From NCBI GenBank assembly GCA_965552055.1, contig CBEVQO010000007.1, forward strand, positions 41,005 through 105,004: DNA of 64,000 nt, read 5' to 3'. The notes below the pieces were generated by a model. It ran no database searches, had not been told where the DNA came from, and was given only the letters and a program-made list of their open reading frames with translations. This DNA comes from an uncultured bacterium (GTDB lineage: Bacteria; Hydrothermota; UBA3073; NMUJ01; CBEVQO01). Numbering within the stretch: position 1 is the first letter of the stretch; each line of letters begins with the position of its first letter. Both the position numbers and the translations under genes were made by a program. Shown here piece after piece: positions 60,042 through 64,000 of this stretch.

Positions 60042-63000
60042 ATGTTAATATTAGCCCTAATTTTTGCATATTCAAAAGGAGACACGATTTCATTATGGAT
60101 GTATGACCCTGGATTTTATTCCAGATATTACCTCACAAAAGCAGCTTGTAGAAAGGTGGGAGCTGATTTTTACATTTTCACACAGGAAGAGACATTGAGG
60201 ATAAAAGAATTGTGCTGGAATAGAATAACGGGTGCTATTTTCATGGTAAAAGGTCATTATGATTCGCTTTACAGGACAACCGATTATGGTTGCAACTGGA
60301 CTGCTCTTGATAAGGAAAATGTCATGGATATGGATATAGCTCCTTTGTCTTCTACTTCTTCATTATTAATCGTGGGTTGTTATAATGATAATGTTTACTG
60401 GACTACGGATGATGGAGCGAGCTGGAAGTATAAAAATATAGGTGATAAAAAGATAAGGAGAGTAGCAGTTTCTCCTTATACTGTTTCTGGGACATATTAT
60501 TTTTACTATGCAACGGATACAGCCGTATATAGTAAGGATAATTCTGTCTTTACTGCATGGCAACATCTGCCTGGCTCAGATACTCTTGGGACGATAACAT
60601 GTATGAGAGGTCATCTCACAAATTATGGCAAATTATTTGTTGGCACAAAAGAAAAAGGTGTCTATAAATGGGTGGCTTCCGATAATCGGTGGTACAGTAT
60701 TAACAATGGCTTATCGAATCTCAATATAAAAGATATAGCAATAGATTTTCAGGATTCACTAAAACTCTACCTTATAACAGGTGACGGCTTATATGTTAGC
60801 TTTGATGAAGGTTCAAACTGGAATAAAATAAACACTCCTTTTGATACTTTGATAAATTGTGTTTATGTTGATAAAAATTCGAATATTTTCCTTGGTACAG
60901 AAAAAGGGCTTTATAAATCGTCGGATGGTGGTATCACATGGGTGTTGCTCGATTCAGGCATGGGTGATTGGGGATATTTACCTTATGCTCATAATACATT
61001 CAGGGTAGTGGCAGAGAATGATACCATTATCTGTGGTACCTATCAGGGTGTCTTTATAAGCTTCGATGGAATAAATTTTGAAGAGCGCAATAAAGATTTA
61101 CTTATAAGTTACATAACACCCTCTGATGTTGATACTATTTCCAAATATTATCAAGAGGTTGCAACGATTTTAAGAAATGAATTTGGTAATGAACCCGATG
61201 TTGATAATGATGGTAAAGTGATTGTTTATCTTTCTAACATTAGAAAGGGACGGTGGTGGGGGTATTCTGTTTATGTTGATGGTTATTTTGACCCTGTAAA
61301 TGAGTATCCTCAAAATGTGGTTGATACACTTTATGGTGAAGAATTTAAGTCGAATTTCTGTGAAATTATTTATTACAATGCGAAAAATGGTTTTATTGAC
61401 CCTCAAAAAGTTAAAGGTGCTTTATCTACTGCTTTCTGTAAGCTGATACACTGGGGCAAAGACCCAGATGAATTCCCTGCAATAGGGCTACGATGCGGAT
61501 ATGTTTGTGATTTCCTTATAGAAGGAATAGCAGGATACGCTAAATACATAGTTAATGTAGGTAAAGGTAATACAGACCCCGCAACTTATAGTTTGCCACT
61601 TAATAACGATTTAGTATACTGGGGAGATGACTATCTTGCTGACGAAATTAACTATGCGTACGAGTTTATGATGTTTATTTATGAGTATTATGGAGATACT
61701 GTTATTAAAAAGATAATGGAAAATGATTTGAACGACAAAGAAAGTATAGAAGATGTGTTATCTTTACCGTTTTCCAAAATATTTTCTAAATTCTCATCAG
61801 TGATAGGGATAGAGACAGAAGGGATGGGAGATACTTTATGTTTGAAATATCTTAACATTTCTCCTAGTTTTCTGAATATAATAGATTACTATAAAGAAAA
61901 GATTATGCCTTGGTCTATTCGTAGATATGTGATGAGGCGTGGAGAAGCTAACTTTGGTGATAGTGTTTATTTTGATGCAGATGATTATGGTGTTGTAAAA
62001 GTATGGGTGTTGAAAGACCCTGCACCTTATACTGCTGGTTTCCCATCGGACACACTAGGAGTGGTTAAATGCTTTGCTCTTTCGCTTGATAATGAGAACT
62101 TTGGCAAGTTTGAAGTTACATTGGAAGATTCACAGGTTGGGCTGGTAATTGCTAACCCTTCGGATACTTTTTATGATTTCTGGATTGACCCGAATTCGGA
62201 TACTCTCTTGCCTCCGCATTCTCTTGAATGGGTAAATGAATGGGAAGCAGATAGTGTTGTGCTGAAATGGTCGCCACCTGTTGTTACAAAAGAAGCGAAA
62301 ATCACAGGATATAATGTTTACAGAAGAAAAGAGAGTGAAACAACTTACACAAAAATAGCAGGTGTGATAACCCCGGAATATATTGATAAAAATGTTTTGA
62401 ATGAAACAACTTATTACTATGTGGTTACTGCACTTTATAATCGTGGTGAAAGCGGTTATTCTGAACCTCTCAAAGTGACGCCAACGCATTATCCGCCACC
62501 GGGTGATTTCAGAGCATCGGGAGGCTATGGAAAAGTATTCTTAACATGGAGTTTGCCGAGGGGTGTTTCTATGAGCAAGTTTATAAAGAGTATGAAAATG
62601 AAAGATAAAGGTTCTCTTTATTTCAGATTGTACAGGTCAAAGACATCTGGCGGACCTTATGTAGTTATTGCTCCTGAAATTTATACTTTATTTTACATAG
62701 ATACGAGTGTGATGCTTGACAGCACCTATTACTATGTGATAAAAGCAATTTATAGCACAGGTGAAAGCCCTTACAGTGATGAGTGTTCTACGACTGTATC
62801 TTCTTCAGGTGGAGCATCACTGGGTTATAGATTTATTGAATCAGGAGAATTATGGACAGCTATAAGTAATTTTGGTAGCTATGGACATCCTGGGGCAGGT
62901 GGTTTGGGTGTGCCCTCATATAATTGGCCCGGTTCTTATCAAGGCGAGCCGACCTATAATTATTATCTTTATGAAGGAGGGTTATGGCTTGGTGCAAAAG

Positions 63001-64000
63001 TTAGCGGAGAATATTATGTGTCAACTGCATTTTATGATTGGGAATTAGCTCCGACTGCTGATTGCAAATGGGAGCTTTCTGAAGATTCTCTATGGTTTTC
63101 TATCACTGTAAAATATTGCGATTATGACCCGGATTATAATTCAAATAGGGGGCTTGGTTTTACAATAATTGAAAAGATGTTGCATTCTTTGCATCCTGCT
63201 TTTGATGATTTCTATGCATTTGAGTATAAAATAATTTACGATAAGAATAAAGCGCTGATATCGAATCCGCCGGATACTCTTACATTTTACATTGGGTGGT
63301 GGATGGATGCAGATATATCGGGTGCAGAACCTTATCGTGAGTATATAGATGACTGGGTTTGCTGGGATGGGTGGACAAATCACGAATGGGATGATTTACC
63401 TCATGGTCCAAAGGATTCTTTAACTATTTTATATGACCATGTGTTGAATAAACCTGATGGTGTCCTTGATAATTATGTTATCTGGGGGGATGATGAATGG
63501 GAGATGTGTTTATCCCGTCCTGATACTATAATGAGGGATGGAGAGATTTTAGCAGTTCAATTAATACCAAGGGATATGGCATACATTTATGATGGCGATA
63601 ATCCATCAATAGAGGGTAATGATGCAGGGTATTACGGTGCATCCGCAGGATATTTCTTTGGCAAATTACTATATGCTCCACCTTCTCCATCCGATAACAT
63701 CTGGGTAGATGAACAGGGAAGACAATGTCGTTTAATAAGACCAGTATCTTTTGCATGGTGGAACTGGGAAGAAGACCCTGGTAATGATGAAGAGCAGTAT
63801 AAATATATGACGGGGACTCATCCAGCGATGCATGGTTATCATTTCAAGCCTCATCCTCAAGACCTCGGTGCGTCAGAATTTGATTACAGATTTCTCGTGA
63901 GTTACGGACCTTACACAATATCTTCAGGTGATACACTTGAATTTGTCTATGTTCTTGGAGTGGGTCAGGGTTTAAATGGTGGGATTGATGATTATTGGGA
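60042..64000 (+). CDS. large secreted protein (3' truncated, >1300 aa): BNR beta-propeller, inactive M30-like metallopeptidase, two FN3, uncharacterised C-domain
   Basis: AGGAGG SD, MLILALIFAY; Asp-boxes RTTDYGCNW, TTDDGASW, SFDEGSNW, SSDGGITW; FGNEPDVDNDGK; GYNVYR/YYYVV/GESGYS; absent from ORF track because no stop in window. Confidence 0.85.
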   Translation, partial: MLILALIFAYSKGDTISLWMYDPGFYSRYYLTKAACRKVGADFYIFTQEETLRIKELCWNRITGAIFMVKGHYDSLYRTTDYGCNWTALDKENVMDMDIAPLSSTSSLLIVGCYNDNVYWTTDDGASWKYKNIGDKKIRRVAVSPYTVSGTYYFYYATDTAVYSKDNSVFTAWQHLPGSDTLGTITCMRGHLTNYGKLFVGTKEKGVYKWVASDNRWYSINNGLSNLNIKDIAIDFQDSLKLYLITGDGLYVSFDEGSNWNKINTPFDTLINCVYVDKNSNIFLGTEKGLYKSSDGGITWVLLDSGMGDWGYLPYAHNTFRVVAENDTIICGTYQGVFISFDGINFEERNKDLLISYITPSDVDTISKYYQEVATILRNEFGNEPDVDNDGKVIVYLSNIRKGRWWGYSVYVDGYFDPVNEYPQNVVDTLYGEEFKSNFCEIIYYNAKNGFIDPQKVKGALSTAFCKLIHWGKDPDEFPAIGLRCGYVCDFLIEGIAGYAKYIVNVGKGNTDPATYSLPLNNDLVYWGDDYLADEINYAYEFMMFIYEYYGDTVIKKIMENDLNDKESIEDVLSLPFSKIFSKFSSVIGIETEGMGDTLCLKYLNISPSFLNIIDYYKEKIMPWSIRRYVMRRGEANFGDSVYFDADDYGVVKVWVLKDPAPYTAGFPSDTLGVVKCFALSLDNENFGKFEVTLEDSQVGLVIANPSDTFYDFWIDPNSDTLLPPHSLEWVNEWEADSVVLKWSPPVVTKEAKITGYNVYRRKESETTYTKIAGVITPEYIDKNVLNETTYYYVVTALYNRGESGYSEPLKVTPTHYPPPGDFRASGGYGKVFLTWSLPRGVSMSKFIKSMKMKDKGSLYFRLYRSKTSGGPYVVIAPEIYTLFYIDTSVMLDSTYYYVIKAIYSTGESPYSDECSTTVSSSGGASLGYRFIESGELWTAISNFGSYGHPGAGGLGVPSYNWPGSYQGEPTYNYYLYEGGLWLGAKVSGEYYVSTAFYDWELAPTADCKWELSEDSLWFSITVKYCDYDPDYNSNRGLGFTIIEKMLHSLHPAFDDFYAFEYKIIYDKNKALISNPPDTLTFYIGWWMDADISGAEPYREYIDDWVCWDGWTNHEWDDLPHGPKDSLTILYDHVLNKPDGVLDNYVIWGDDEWEMCLSRPDTIMRDGEILAVQLIPRDMAYIYDGDNPSIEGNDAGYYGASAGYFFGKLLYAPPSPSDNIWVDEQGRQCRLIRPVSFAWWNWEEDPGNDEEQYKYMTGTHPAMHGYHFKPHPQDLGASEFDYRFLVSYGPYTISSGDTLEFVYVLGVGQGLNGGIDDYW

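Overview
Gene-dense, AT-rich bacterial chromosome segment containing the probable replication origin (dnaA-dnaN flanked by DnaA boxes, about 45.0-46.6 kb). Lys/Glu-rich proteins, T9SS-like C-terminal domains and several archaeal-style genes suggest a thermophilic FCB-group lineage such as WOR-3; this is inference, not a database result. 1-19 kb (+): rsmA fragment, HDOD protein, nfeD-slipin, small CxxC protein plus polyferredoxin, tRNA-Lys(CTT), a wecA/ExeA/HPrK-like/PqqD cluster, grpE-dnaK-dnaJ-rsmE, aspartyl protease, rpsU-mutS2-dnaG-rpoD, split thiE. 19-45 kb (mostly -): Maf/GT9 glycosylation locus interrupted by a tandem-repeat lipoprotein, dinB, ABC-ATPase/TOPRIM pair, rtcA, C25 peptidase, DegT, Na/Pi transporter, Mut7-C, pth, rplY, three small paralogous exported proteins, DUF62, rsmD, xerD, MBL nuclease, OmpA protein. 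45-64 kb: dnaA, dnaN, radical SAM, LarA/sulfatase/TctA cluster, C1 peptidase, Wzi-like protein, a four-gene uncharacterised membrane operon (DUF6754-like) and a >1300-aa secreted protein running off the window. Most striking signals: (i) a recurrent TTGACA-N15-TAAAAT promoter, usually 5-6 nt before a start codon, alongside an RpoD with duplicated region 1.1; (ii) exported proteins with only 6-9 hydrophobic residues as leader; (iii) the DUF6754 membrane operon; (iv) a twice-repeated G-rich intergenic element. All family calls are from motif recognition by eye.
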